In this document: positions 50,233 to 60,194 of the stretch, one piece after another
Layout of the letters: the number at the start of each line of letters is the position of its first letter
How positions within the stretch are numbered: position 1 is the first letter of the stretch
Source of the DNA: Candidatus Spongiihabitans sp.
Lineage (GTDB): Bacteria > Pseudomonadota > Gammaproteobacteria > Arenicellales > Poriferihabitantaceae
NCBI RefSeq assembly: GCF_965237845.1
Contig: NZ_OZ250154.1
Coordinates: 115,678 to 179,677 of the forward strand
Reading direction: 5' to 3'
DNA: 64,000 nucleotides
Program-made: the position numbers and the translations under genes
Notes under the pieces: generated by a model
The model's database searches: none
What the model was told of the DNA's origin: nothing
Seen by the model: only the letters and a program-made list of their open reading frames with translations

Positions 50233-52134
50233 ATGAGTAACAAATCCCAAACCCCCGATACGAAAGTCAATGACAAAGATATTGTTGACGCAACCATTGA
50301 TGCCAAGGCGGCCGCAGAGGAAGATTTGAAAGTAGTCAGAAAGCCGCCCTCTGATCTCAAGAAGCTCATCTTAAAAGGCAAGGATCAAGGGTTTTTAACC
50401 TATCCCGCAATCAATGATCACCTGCCTGAAAATATGCACGACACCGACCAGATTGAGGTTATTGTCAACATGATTAATGACATGGGCATCGAGGTGGTGG
50501 ACAAAGTGCCGGATTCCGATAGCATGATCTTGAAGCGTGACAACCCGGAAGACCATGAAGTTGCCGAAGAAGTCAGCGCCGCGCTTAAAACTGCGGTGGA
50601 AAGTGAATTTGGTCGAACTACCGACCCGGTGCGGATGTACATGCGCGAGATGGGAACCGTTGAATTGTTGACCAGGGAGGGTGAGATTGCCTTGGCAAAA
50701 CGAATTGAAGCCGGCAATCGACAAAGCGCCGCGGCTTTCGCGATAACCCCGGTAGCCATTCGCCAACTTCTGGACTATGCGGAGGCTATTGAAGCGGGTG
50801 AAATGAAATTGACTGAAGTAGTGGTTGCTTTCATGGAATTAAACGCATTGGACGACCAGACTGTGGCTATCCCGGGAAAACCTGGACAAAATGCAGCCGA
50901 AGAAGAAGCGTCTCCCAGCGGCCCGGATTACGATGATGCGATTGTTCGATTCAGACGCATGCGACGTACCTGGAATGCATTGACGAAAGCAATCGAAACC
51001 CACGGCCTTGGTAGCAAGCAAGCGTTGCGTAATCGGCGAAACCTTGGTGACCAGCTGCTGCAGATAAAATTTACGCCAGCGAAGGTTGAAGCATTATCGG
51101 CAACATTGCGCAACTGTATGATTAAAGTCAAGGACTGCGAGCGAAGCATTGCGCGGTATTGCATTAACTACGGCAAAGTGCCGCGAAAACAATTCATGGG
51201 GTACTTTCGGGACAATGAAACCACGCTGGAATGGTTCCATAAGTTGGTGATGGATTGTGGCGACGATACACCACGCCTGACAAAATATGAAGACACGATA
51301 GCCGAATACACTGCACAACTGGTCAAAACTCAGGAAAAAGCGGGTCTTGAGCTAGCCGATCTAAAAGACCTGAGTCGGCGGCTAACCGAAGGCGAAGCTA
51401 AAGCACGCCGTGCTAAAAAGGAAATGGTAGAAGCTAATCTGAGATTGGTGATATCCATAGCCAAAAAATATACCAACCGCGGTTTGCAATTCCTGGATTT
51501 GATTCAGGAAGGTAACATCGGCTTGATGAAAGCGGTTGACAAGTTTGAATATCGCCGTGGTTATAAGTTTTCAACTTATGCAACTTGGTGGATTAGGCAG
51601 GCGATTACCCGTTCCATCGCCGATCAGGCCAGAACCATTCGTATTCCAGTGCATATGATAGAAACCATTAATAAACTCAATCGGGTTTCCAGGCAAATCC
51701 TTCAGGAAAAAGGCAGGGATGCGTTGCCTGAAGAATTGGCGGAAAGAATGGAGCTGCCCGAAGATAAAGTAAGAAAGGTGTTGAAAATTGCCAAAGAGCC
51801 AATTTCGATGGAAATGCCGGTCGGTGATAACGAAGACTCTCATTTGGGGGATTTTATTGAAGATAAAAACATCAAGGCGCCGGTTGATAACGCAACGGCT
51901 TCTGGCTTAAAAAACGCGACCGATGAAATTCTCGATTCACTCACTGAGCGCGAAGCAAAAGTATTGCAAATGCGATTTGGCATCGGTATGAACACCGACC
52001 ATACCCTGGAAGAAGTCGGCAAACAATTCGACGTAACCCGAGAACGCATTCGACAAATAGAAGCCAAGGCACTCAGAAAGCTGAGACACCCGAGCCGGTC
52101 GGAGCATTTAAAAGGTTTTCTGGAAGGCGCTTAA
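50233..52134 (+). CDS. rpoD: RNA polymerase sigma-70
   Basis: 633 aa. Regions 1.1-4.2 are present, including [19 protein letters not shown] and [30 protein letters not shown]. Confidence 0.98.
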   Translation: MSNKSQTPDTKVNDKDIVDATIDAKAAAEEDLKVVRKPPSDLKKLILKGKDQGFLTYPAINDHLPENMHDTDQIEVIVNMINDMGIEVVDKVPDSDSMILKRDNPEDHEVAEEVSAALKTAVESEFGRTTDPVRMYMREMGTVELLTREGEIALAKRIEAGNRQSAAAFAITPVAIRQLLDYAEAIEAGEMKLTEVVVAFMELNALDDQTVAIPGKPGQNAAEEEASPSGPDYDDAIVRFRRMRRTWNALTKAIETHGLGSKQALRNRRNLGDQLLQIKFTPAKVEALSATLRNCMIKVKDCERSIARYCINYGKVPRKQFMGYFRDNETTLEWFHKLVMDCGDDTPRLTKYEDTIAEYTAQLVKTQEKAGLELADLKDLSRRLTEGEAKARRAKKEMVEANLRLVISIAKKYTNRGLQFLDLIQEGNIGLMKAVDKFEYRRGYKFSTYATWWIRQAITRSIADQARTIRIPVHMIETINKLNRVSRQILQEKGRDALPEELAERMELPEDKVRKVLKIAKEPISMEMPVGDNEDSHLGDFIEDKNIKAPVDNATASGLKNATDEILDSLTEREAKVLQMRFGIGMNTDHTLEEVGKQFDVTRERIRQIEAKALRKLRHPSRSEHLKGFLEGA

Positions 52135-52236
52135 AGGCAATTAAATTTTGGCTGTCATCCCGGTCAAGGTTGGCAAACCAGCGCCAATATCTGCCGCGCT
52201 TTCATGCGTCAGGCCGACCTTTTGGCATCCCTTATA

Positions 52237-52313
52237 GGGCCTGTAGCTCAGCTGGTTAGAGCAGTGGACTCATAATCCATTGGTCGTAGGTTCAAGTCCT
52301 ACCGGGCCCACCA
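52237..52313 (+). tRNA. ileX: tRNA with CAU anticodon, most likely tRNA-Ile2 (lysidine) rather than elongator Met
   Basis: Cloverleaf by eye: acceptor GGGCCUG/CGGGCCC, anticodon loop CU-CAU-AA, T-arm GGTTCAAGTCC, encoded CCA. The sequence and its position after rpoD parallel E. coli ileX. Confidence 0.85.
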
Positions 52314-52494
52314 TAATTTTGAATAAGTTAAGTGTTGTGTCCCCATATATATTCCATATATTTGCTTCAGAAGCTCGGAAATAGTATGATAAAAATACTA
52401 TCCAACCATCGCGCCATCCCCATGCCCATGCCCATTTGTAAGGACGTACTGGCTTTCATCAGTTGCTCGTTACCCACACTCGGGATTAACAGCC

Positions 52495-53142
52495 ATGTCT
52501 AACGCCTCTTGGCGACTGGAAAATGCTGCCGTTGTGCTGGTCGCAAATACCCATAACCCGTCTATTATTAACCCCGATTTTTTGAAAAACAACGGGATTA
52601 TTCCTGCAGATTGTAAGGTAGGGCAAGAACTTCTTGTTACCCCTATTTTAGCAAAACTTGCTTTCCAAAATGTAATGCTGACCGTGGTCCCCGAACAACT
52701 TCACCTGGAAGAAAGGAACAAGAATCCAGAAAACAACCGTTTCCTGGATTCGTCTATGTTATACGACTGCACAAAGAAATACGTGACGGCACTTCCACAC
52801 ATCCCATACATTGCCCTTGGTTTGAATTGGAGAATACGGATTCCTATGCCAGCCCCAGACTCTTGGTTTAAGGAAAGATTTTTAAAAGGTGGTGCGTGGC
52901 AAGAGAAAATTAAACCTGTCAATTTTGTTTTCAAGATTCAGCATGATATAGCTACCGTTTACACTTTGATAACGGAAATCCAAGATGGAGATGTGATGAT
53001 AAGTTGCAATTTTCATTTTAATCTTGAAAATGAAAACAGAAAAATAAAACGAATAACAGAAACTATAGATAACTGGAAGATGCACAAAAAAACTTTTGAA
53101 ACCGACTTGCAGAAATACTTTACCCAAGAGGAACTAGCATGA
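52495..53142 (+). CDS. hypothetical protein (215 aa), gene 1 of an orphan three-gene operon
   Basis: ORF ending in an ATGA overlap with gene 2. No recognisable motif. Confidence 0.6.
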   Translation: MSNASWRLENAAVVLVANTHNPSIINPDFLKNNGIIPADCKVGQELLVTPILAKLAFQNVMLTVVPEQLHLEERNKNPENNRFLDSSMLYDCTKKYVTALPHIPYIALGLNWRIRIPMPAPDSWFKERFLKGGAWQEKIKPVNFVFKIQHDIATVYTLITEIQDGDVMISCNFHFNLENENRKIKRITETIDNWKMHKKTFETDLQKYFTQEELA

Positions 53143-53858
53143 CAACTGGATTAGCCAAATATGATGCTGGCCACAAAGTTATTGAAACCATGGCGCTCAA
53201 TATTCTAAGTGACGAGGAGCCTCAACACGCTATGGAGAAAGCCCGGAGAGCATGGGCGGAAAAAGCTCAAAGAACATATACCGAATTGACTATAGGAGAA
53301 AGCGCAGATGCTTTTAATTGGCAACACATGGCTTTTCCGGCGAGTGATGCAGAATTTTTGTCGGGCGCAAATGCATCATATGGGCTCGACACTCCGCAGC
53401 TCAAAAACCAAATCCTGACCGAGTTGGTCAACATTCTTAATCAACCTTATAGCAACGTTAATACTTTTGCTGAAATAACCTTATTTCTTAAAAATAACGG
53501 ACTAAAAGAGAGCGCAGAACGAATTGAAGAATTGCACAATCTTGAAGATTTGGAAGATGGCGAACAGCCTCTTTTGCTGGAATCTGCACAGGGTTTTTGT
53601 GATTTTATCCTTGAGTTCCGTAAATTGGGGGAGCCGATATTGGGCGTTTTCCCCCAGGGCACCCTATCCGCTGGATGGAGACTTGCTGACAACAGGCATC
53701 TCCTTATTGAGTTTTTAGAGCGTAACTTAATCTCTTTTGCAATGATTGGTCCGGATAACAAGGAACGGGACAAAAAATTTCGACTCAATGGTCGCGCTTC
53801 CCGAGAGAAAGTCCTCAATATTTTATCCGAGACAGGCGTAACAGAATGGCCGGAGTAG
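53139..53858 (+). CDS. hypothetical protein (239 aa), gene 2 of the orphan operon
   Basis: Overlaps gene 1 by 4 nt and gene 3 by 13 nt. Acidic central region. Only a weak R-x5-H (RLADNRH). Confidence 0.6.
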   Translation: MTTGLAKYDAGHKVIETMALNILSDEEPQHAMEKARRAWAEKAQRTYTELTIGESADAFNWQHMAFPASDAEFLSGANASYGLDTPQLKNQILTELVNILNQPYSNVNTFAEITLFLKNNGLKESAERIEELHNLEDLEDGEQPLLLESAQGFCDFILEFRKLGEPILGVFPQGTLSAGWRLADNRHLLIEFLERNLISFAMIGPDNKERDKKFRLNGRASREKVLNILSETGVTEWPE

Positions 53859-54280
53859 GCGGTGGATTACAAGACGGCGATAGCATAGAGAATGCCCATC
53901 ATGTAATGAGATATTGCCGGCCGAAACAAGTACAAAGGGGAAAGATTACTGAATCCGCTTTCGCGCTTCGAGAAAAAGAGGAGTACCTTTCTGCTAATTG
54001 GCTAGAATACTTCAATGAAGGCATGCAATTTCCTGAACTACTGCGGAAAACTAGAGAAACTGTTGGGCAATCCCTGAATCTTCCTCACAATGGAAGATTT
54101 GCTAAGATTCACGTAGGAGATGCTAAACGAAAAATCAAAGGTGTCCGAATACAATATAGACCAGTGGACAACAACCTCGCACATGCCGGTATTTATCCTC
54201 CTTCAGAAGAAAATCGCGAAATAACGCTGGAATTGGCGAATCTGGTTAGTGATAGCGACATATTTTCTGCTGTTGAATAA
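53846..54280 (+). CDS. hypothetical protein (144 aa), gene 3 of the orphan operon
   Basis: ORF overlapping gene 2. Conserved-looking His residues (ENAHHVMRY, NLAHAGIYP) but no assignable family. Confidence 0.55.
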   Translation: MAGVGGGLQDGDSIENAHHVMRYCRPKQVQRGKITESAFALREKEEYLSANWLEYFNEGMQFPELLRKTRETVGQSLNLPHNGRFAKIHVGDAKRKIKGVRIQYRPVDNNLAHAGIYPPSEENREITLELANLVSDSDIFSAVE

Positions 54281-54319
54281 ACTAGCCTAGCCGTTCCAAA
54301 ACCATATCGACCATAGGCG

Positions 54320-55036
54320 ATGATCCAGGCAACCACGCAGGCAACGGCCCACGCCACAACCCGGGCCGCGCCTCAGTATATTTTCGATGCCAGCGAAAAG
54401 CCATCGCTGCCGATGTTTGACGTGCCTTTGATAAAGGCGACCGACGAGAGCGTTAAAGGCTACGGCGCTTTGGTCAGCGATGCTGATAAATTCGAGATCG
54501 AAATCGTACCGTGGCCGGCTCAGGGTTGGCGGCCGATTGATGCTGGAACCGGGAATCAAGGCGGGGTTGCCGAAGGCATTTTTTGCGGGGAATGGGACGG
54601 TGACGTTCTCATGGGGCGCAACGATGCGGTTAATGGCGAATATGTTTTAGGCTGGAGTTGTGACCCGCAACAAGCGTTACCGGCACAGGCCAACGCGCCA
54701 AAAGAAGATATTGCCAGGGAACATGTTATTTTGTGGCATTTCAACTATCATCCTGATGGCGGCCAGCTTTTCTTTCCCCTCGACAAGCAACCATTTCTGG
54801 TGCCCGTTGCCTTGCCCGGCGACGATATAAAACCGGAGAAAGTTGTGGCGTTTTGGTGCGATGGCCGCCAAGGCATGTATATCCACCCCGGAATTTGGCA
54901 TGACGGCATATTCCCGACTAGTGATCGTCAAAGGTTTCTCGATCGCCAAGGCAAAGTCCATGCACGGGTCAGCTGTGATTTTGGCGAGGAATTCGGGGTC
55001 TATCTGAAAGTGCCACTAATGCTTCCGGGCGTATAA
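54320..55036 (+). CDS. ureidoglycolate-lyase (AllA)-like cupin protein
   Basis: ...YHPDGGQLFFPL..QPFLVPVALPGDDIKPEKVVAFWCDGRQGMYIHPGIWH... parallels E. coli AllA (HPLGTQAFIP...VVVALGDDKPD...RAF...GVNYHRNVWHH). Confidence 0.65.
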   Translation: MIQATTQATAHATTRAAPQYIFDASEKPSLPMFDVPLIKATDESVKGYGALVSDADKFEIEIVPWPAQGWRPIDAGTGNQGGVAEGIFCGEWDGDVLMGRNDAVNGEYVLGWSCDPQQALPAQANAPKEDIAREHVILWHFNYHPDGGQLFFPLDKQPFLVPVALPGDDIKPEKVVAFWCDGRQGMYIHPGIWHDGIFPTSDRQRFLDRQGKVHARVSCDFGEEFGVYLKVPLMLPGV

Positions 55037-55172
55037 TTCCAGTCGCATAATTGCGGGGACACCATAATTGCATAATTGCGGGGACACAATACTTAACTCT
55101 AATCGTTTGTTTTAATTCGGTACTGCGTCCCCGGAACTTGGTGCACGAAATAAAATCACGCTATAAAACGAC

Positions 55173-56711
55173 ATGAGTGGAGACGCAAAAGACCGGGCAA
55201 ACAGGAGGCGATTCGGTCGCGGTAAAAAACGCGAGCGAATGCAACTCGTTGCACCGGCATACATAAAAAGACAAATACCGTACTACGAGTTCTTGGGAGA
55301 AGAAGGATTGGTTGCCCTGGAGCAACAAGCCGATTGGTTAATGCAGGAAATTGGTCTTGAGTTTCGAGGAGATCCTGAAGCATTGCGTATTTGGAAAGAA
55401 GCGGGCGCCGAGGTAAAAGACACGCGGGTAAAATTACCTAAGGGCATGGCCCGTGAGCTGTGCAAAACCATCCCCCATAAATTCACTCAACTAGCACGAA
55501 ATCCCGCGAACAGTGTTGAAATTGGGGGTTGCGCTCAGGTATTCGCCTGCGTTTACGGGCCGCCGTTTGTCCGAGATCTGGAGGGCGGGCGGCGTTACGG
55601 CACGATCAACGACCTGGAAAATCTGGTCAAAATCGCCTATCAATTACCGAGCATTCACCACACCGGATTGGTGATATGCGAGCCTTGCGATGTGCCCGTC
55701 TCCAAACGTCACTTCGATATGCTGTATGCCCATATACGCTATAGCGACAAACCCTTTCTCGGCGCGATTACTGAAAAATCCCGCGCCCAGGATTCGGTGG
55801 ACATGGCGCGGGTGTTGTTTGGCGAACAAGTCATGGAAAACAACTGTGTGATTATGGGCAATGTTAATACCAATTCACCCTTGTTGGTGGATAAAGTGGT
55901 CACCGAAGCGGCGCAAGTTTATTGCGGCGCCGGGCAAGGATTGATCGCCGCGCCGTTTATTTTGGGCGGCGCCATGGGTCCGGTGACTACCGCTGCTTCA
56001 ATTGCTCAGGCATTGGCCGAGGCCATGATGGTGGGCGCGTTTACGCAATTGGTGCGGCCCGGCGCGCCCTTTATACTGGGAAACTTTTTGTCTTCGATGA
56101 GCTTAAAAAGCGGCGCGCCGACATTCGGCATGCCTGAGCCGGTGATGTCCAATTTTATTATCGGGCAACTTGCTCGCAGACTGGGCGTGCCATTGCGTAG
56201 CGGCGGTTCATTGACGGCATCGAAATTACCCGACGCGCAAGCGGCTGCGGAAAGCGCTGATTCGATGATGTCAACAGTGCTCGGCGGCGCCAATTTTGTG
56301 CTGCACGCGGCCGGCTGGCTTGAAGGGGGATTGTCCACGGGCTACGAAAAGTTGGTCCAGGATGCAGACCGTCTCGGCGCCTATCAGGTGATGTTGTCCG
56401 GGTTGCCGCTCGATGATAATGCAATGGCAAGATCCGCTTATGAAGAAGTGGCGCCTTCAGGGCATTTCCTCGGTTGCGCCCACACCATGGCCAACTACGA
56501 AACCGCGTATTACGACGCCAAATTATCCGATAGCGAAAGCGTCGAGCAATGGCAAGAACGCGGCAGCAAAGATTCCGCGAGACGGGCATATGAGCGATGG
56601 AATCAATTGTTAAATGACTATGAGGCGCCGCCTATGGATCAAGCTGTCGATCAATCATTAAAAGAATTTGTCGCAAAACGCAAGTCTGAAATCCCTGATG
56701 CCTGGTATTGA
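55173..56711 (+). CDS. MttB-family (non-pyrrolysine) trimethylamine/quaternary-amine methyltransferase
   Basis: 512 aa with an Arg-rich N-terminus, and the size and pattern of the MttB superfamily (...NVNTNSPL..D......GAP.FGMPEP...). Confidence 0.85.
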   Translation: MSGDAKDRANRRRFGRGKKRERMQLVAPAYIKRQIPYYEFLGEEGLVALEQQADWLMQEIGLEFRGDPEALRIWKEAGAEVKDTRVKLPKGMARELCKTIPHKFTQLARNPANSVEIGGCAQVFACVYGPPFVRDLEGGRRYGTINDLENLVKIAYQLPSIHHTGLVICEPCDVPVSKRHFDMLYAHIRYSDKPFLGAITEKSRAQDSVDMARVLFGEQVMENNCVIMGNVNTNSPLLVDKVVTEAAQVYCGAGQGLIAAPFILGGAMGPVTTAASIAQALAEAMMVGAFTQLVRPGAPFILGNFLSSMSLKSGAPTFGMPEPVMSNFIIGQLARRLGVPLRSGGSLTASKLPDAQAAAESADSMMSTVLGGANFVLHAAGWLEGGLSTGYEKLVQDADRLGAYQVMLSGLPLDDNAMARSAYEEVAPSGHFLGCAHTMANYETAYYDAKLSDSESVEQWQERGSKDSARRAYERWNQLLNDYEAPPMDQAVDQSLKEFVAKRKSEIPDAWY

Positions 56712-56822
56712 TAAATTGAAAAAATGCGGCAGTCAAGTTAAGTTATCCTCAGGCGATGTATGATTGCCAGTGAACCTTGTTAGTATTTCCAACTCTAAAT
56801 TGAAAACGCGGGCGATTTAAAC

Positions 56823-57374
56823 ATGCGGCGAATTCTTCAAGTTACAGCGCTTGCCATTCTAATCGGTGGAATGCCAACCTACGCAGACCAAAACAATCCC
56901 GAACTGGATGTCTTGTTTACCCGATTGAACGAGACGCTTGATAGCGTTGAAGCCGCAGGGATTACCAAACAAATTTGGAAAAATTGGTATCAATCCGATA
57001 TTCCTGAAGTGACTGATCTTATGAATCGTGGCGAGCTGAGTATGCGTCGCGCCAAGTATGACGAAGCGGTGAAATATTTTACCGAGATAATTGAAATTGC
57101 CCCGCAATTTGCCGAAGGATGGAATCGCCGGGCAACGGTTTATTACATCCTCGGGGAATACCAACTATCCACCGAGGATGTCGCCAAAACGCTTGACCTT
57201 GAACCGCGCCATTTTGGCGCTTTGTCCGGGCAAGGAATGATTTATCTACGGTTGCAGGAACGCCGGCTGGCATTGCAGTATATGCAAAGAGCCCTGAAAG
57301 CGAACCCGCACTTGCCTAGCTTAAAAGGCAATATAAAAGCGCTTCAACAAATGATTGATGACGAGGTTATTTAA
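56823..57374 (+). CDS. secreted TPR-repeat protein
   Basis: Signal peptide followed by three TPR-like repeats (YDEAVKYFTEIIEIAPQFAEGWNRRA..., YQLSTEDVAKTLDLEPRHFGAL...). Confidence 0.75.
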   Translation: MRRILQVTALAILIGGMPTYADQNNPELDVLFTRLNETLDSVEAAGITKQIWKNWYQSDIPEVTDLMNRGELSMRRAKYDEAVKYFTEIIEIAPQFAEGWNRRATVYYILGEYQLSTEDVAKTLDLEPRHFGALSGQGMIYLRLQERRLALQYMQRALKANPHLPSLKGNIKALQQMIDDEVI

Positions 57375-57504
57375 GGGCGGTGATTATATTAAAGGGCGAT
57401 GGCACATTATCAAATAGCGAACCGTCAATCGTTTAGCCCATTGTTTAACCCGCCTGTTGCCAGAAGTTTTGATCAGATTCCCGTGCTTGCTGAACGCCCG
57501 CAGC

Positions 57505-59835
57505 CTACATGTCGTCGCTATAATCGATCTTGCTCTTTTTTTCAGCTTCTTCAGCGATAATGTTGCCAGCCGCCGCGGCAGCGGCCTTAGACACGGTTTC
57601 ATTTGCAGCCGGTTTGTCGGCGGTTAATTCTTTGGCAGGCTGGTCATCAGGTAATCGAACCCGCACTTCGCGATGGGCAAAGAAAATTCCAGCCGCTGCC
57701 AGAGCGTCTCTGACGTTGCGATAGGCTTCGCGTCTGATGACCCATTGCTCGCCGGGTTTAGTGGTGAATTTCATGCGCATGATGAGCGCGGATTCCTCAA
57801 CGCGCATCACCCCCTGTGACTTTAGCGGCAGGATAAAGCTAGGCCCGAGCACCTCATCCTCAAGCATGTCCTGCCCCACCTTCTTGATAATTTTACGAAT
57901 CTGCTCAATATCGGCATCATATGGAAGACGAAGCTCCAATTTCATGGTAATCCAGTCTCGGCTAATGTTTTTAACGGTCTTGATTTCGCCATATGGAATG
58001 GTCTGCACCGCACCCAAATGATGTCGCAGTTGCATCGATCTCAGGGAGATTTTTTCCACGGTGCCGCGCAGGTCTTCTATTTCTATGTACTCGTTCTTGC
58101 GAAACGCGTCATCCACAAGAAAGAAAATACCGCTCAACACATCTTGCACCAGTTTCTGTGCGCCGAATCCGATGGCGATACCCACAACCCCTGCGCCCGC
58201 CAGCAGTGGCGTGATCGCGATGCCCAGGGAATGCAACACCGACAGCACTAAAAACGAAATCAGCACGACGGTCAGGCAGGTTCGCATCAGCGGCAGCAGG
58301 GTTTCAGCCCGAGTCGCTCCGGCCCCGCCGCCCTCGCCTTCTTCCAGTGCCGTAATGGCGTCCACCTCTTTGGGCAAACTGCGTTCGATCAGAGCATTAA
58401 AGAACTCCCAGACAATGTAGGCAATGGTGGTGATGACCAACAAATTTATTCCTTGGGCAAGAAATTTGTTGCCGACGCTTTTCTTCATCAGGCTATCGGC
58501 CGGCAGGCCCAGAGCAAGGCTGAACATATACATGGCAACGGCAATCATAAGCAGCCGAAAGCCGTTCTGAACGATGCGAATAAACCGGCTGGAACGCACC
58601 TCGAATGTGACCCCGTGCAACCACTCAATGTTGATCACGTTTTTAACCAGACCATAAAATATCCGGTCAGCGACGAAGAACGCAAGCGTGATCCACCAGC
58701 TGATACTGACATATTGAGCGTCATCCCATTGGCCCAGAAAGGCCTTGTAAAGCCAAAGCATCCACAACAACAGCAACCAGGCAGTGAAAACAAATGGCCA
58801 CGCGGTATATAAAAATTCTTGGGCAAAATTATTCTGATAGTTGGCGCCTGTAGCGGTGATAAACATGCCGGTAATTTTTTTGCGCATCGCCCAGATGCGG
58901 CTCAGGATAATCAGATTCAGGGACAAGGTGTACGGAATCAACAGTCCGTTAACCTGCGTTTCGCCCATGCCGGCCGGGGTCAGATATCTAAACAGCGCGT
59001 CGCCAAACTCGATGATGGCGAAAAACACGATAAACCAAAGGTATAATTGCCTTGAAGAATCATCGTCCAGTGGAACTGGCCGAAGCTCCGGCCGGTAGGG
59101 CGAGAAAATATTTCTGAGCAGGATCATCCACAACCGGAACATCACAAGCGCAGCCAGGATCTCTGTAAACGCCAACTCGAAGTACCGGTTGTCCGCGAAA
59201 GAAAGAGCCCCGATGGTGTAGGTTCCCACTGCCAGCACCGCCACGCCAATGAGCTGGATCATCACCCGCATAACAATAAACTTGTATTTCAACACAGAAG
59301 TTTTCTCTTTGCCTTCGACATAAACATAGAGTCGCTCCAGCAACTTGCGCGTTGTAAACAGCTCAGCCAGGAGTCCGGCAATAAAAGTAACCACGATGGT
59401 CATTAACACCCGGAAACCGGACCAGCCGGTTTCCGGGTTGGCAACCTTTGCAAACGCCCTGGAAAAAGCTTCGGGATAATCGGGAAATTGTTGCACCAGC
59501 GCCGCCAGCTTTTCGCCGAACACGGCAGCCTGGCTTTGTGCCATGTCTTCGATTCCCGGCTTGTTATTGGCAGTCGTATCATTTGCATTGGCTGTTGCGC
59601 CAGAGCCAGTCTGCCCGGTATTAAGTTGCACTCGATCGCCCAGCAGCATTTCGGTCAGCACCTCTCGCAATTCCTCCCGGGAAATCTGCGAGGCACCGCC
59701 TGGTTGGTCAGCCTGGCCGCTATCCTGCGCAAAGTTTGGCATCACCGCGAATACCAACAGCGTGATACTGAAGATCACCATTGCCGACCTGATCAGCGCA
59801 CTGAATCGGATATCGGGTTTGTTGTCAGTATTCAT
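57505..59835 (-). CDS. mechanosensitive ion channel (large MscS/MscK-family)
   Basis: 776 aa, multiple TM segments, and a conserved MscS core (...GIAIGFGAQKLVQDVLSGIFFLVDDAFR.GEYIE...G.VE.I..RS..LR). Confidence 0.9.
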   Translation of the reverse strand: MNTDNKPDIRFSALIRSAMVIFSITLLVFAVMPNFAQDSGQADQPGGASQISREELREVLTEMLLGDRVQLNTGQTGSGATANANDTTANNKPGIEDMAQSQAAVFGEKLAALVQQFPDYPEAFSRAFAKVANPETGWSGFRVLMTIVVTFIAGLLAELFTTRKLLERLYVYVEGKEKTSVLKYKFIVMRVMIQLIGVAVLAVGTYTIGALSFADNRYFELAFTEILAALVMFRLWMILLRNIFSPYRPELRPVPLDDDSSRQLYLWFIVFFAIIEFGDALFRYLTPAGMGETQVNGLLIPYTLSLNLIILSRIWAMRKKITGMFITATGANYQNNFAQEFLYTAWPFVFTAWLLLLWMLWLYKAFLGQWDDAQYVSISWWITLAFFVADRIFYGLVKNVINIEWLHGVTFEVRSSRFIRIVQNGFRLLMIAVAMYMFSLALGLPADSLMKKSVGNKFLAQGINLLVITTIAYIVWEFFNALIERSLPKEVDAITALEEGEGGGAGATRAETLLPLMRTCLTVVLISFLVLSVLHSLGIAITPLLAGAGVVGIAIGFGAQKLVQDVLSGIFFLVDDAFRKNEYIEIEDLRGTVEKISLRSMQLRHHLGAVQTIPYGEIKTVKNISRDWITMKLELRLPYDADIEQIRKIIKKVGQDMLEDEVLGPSFILPLKSQGVMRVEESALIMRMKFTTKPGEQWVIRREAYRNVRDALAAAGIFFAHREVRVRLPDDQPAKELTADKPAANETVSKAAAAAAGNIIAEEAEKKSKIDYSDDM

Positions 59836-60194
59836 TATTTATATTTTGCTATCGCCTGCCTTGAAGTTGTAGGCATGAATTGGTGTCGTTGAGTTTAATC
59901 GCCTTTTGATTGGAATACCAACCCGCGCAATAATTAACTCGAATTGCAATACCTGAAGATAGCGCCCGAAGGCGGACTAGGGGATGCAGATTGGATGAAA
60001 CGCCATCCGACCCCACAAAGGGCTTGCACTGAAAACGCCAGTTCAGGTTATCATCGACAACAACAAAAAGTGCAATATGTGGTGGACCCATACAATCTAT
60101 TGACAACTCGGGAAGTTGGTGATACGTTGCGGATACGTATAGGTTGATGAATCATTAATCAATCTTTTAAAGAAGCATTAAATGTGGGTTAGTA

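Noticed and set aside
52237-52313. Calling the CAU tRNA an initiator or elongator tRNA-Met.
   Set aside because: It lacks the initiator features, namely the 1:72 mismatch and three consecutive G:C pairs in the anticodon stem. Its body and its location after rpoD resemble E. coli ileX, so Ile2 is favoured. Elongator Met cannot be excluded without a classifier.
54281-54330. A direct repeat of the tRNA 3' end marking the right att boundary of the three-gene block.
   Set aside because: I found no copy of the tRNA 3' segment (ggttcaagtcctaccgggccc) downstream by eye. The island boundary therefore rests only on composition and gene content.
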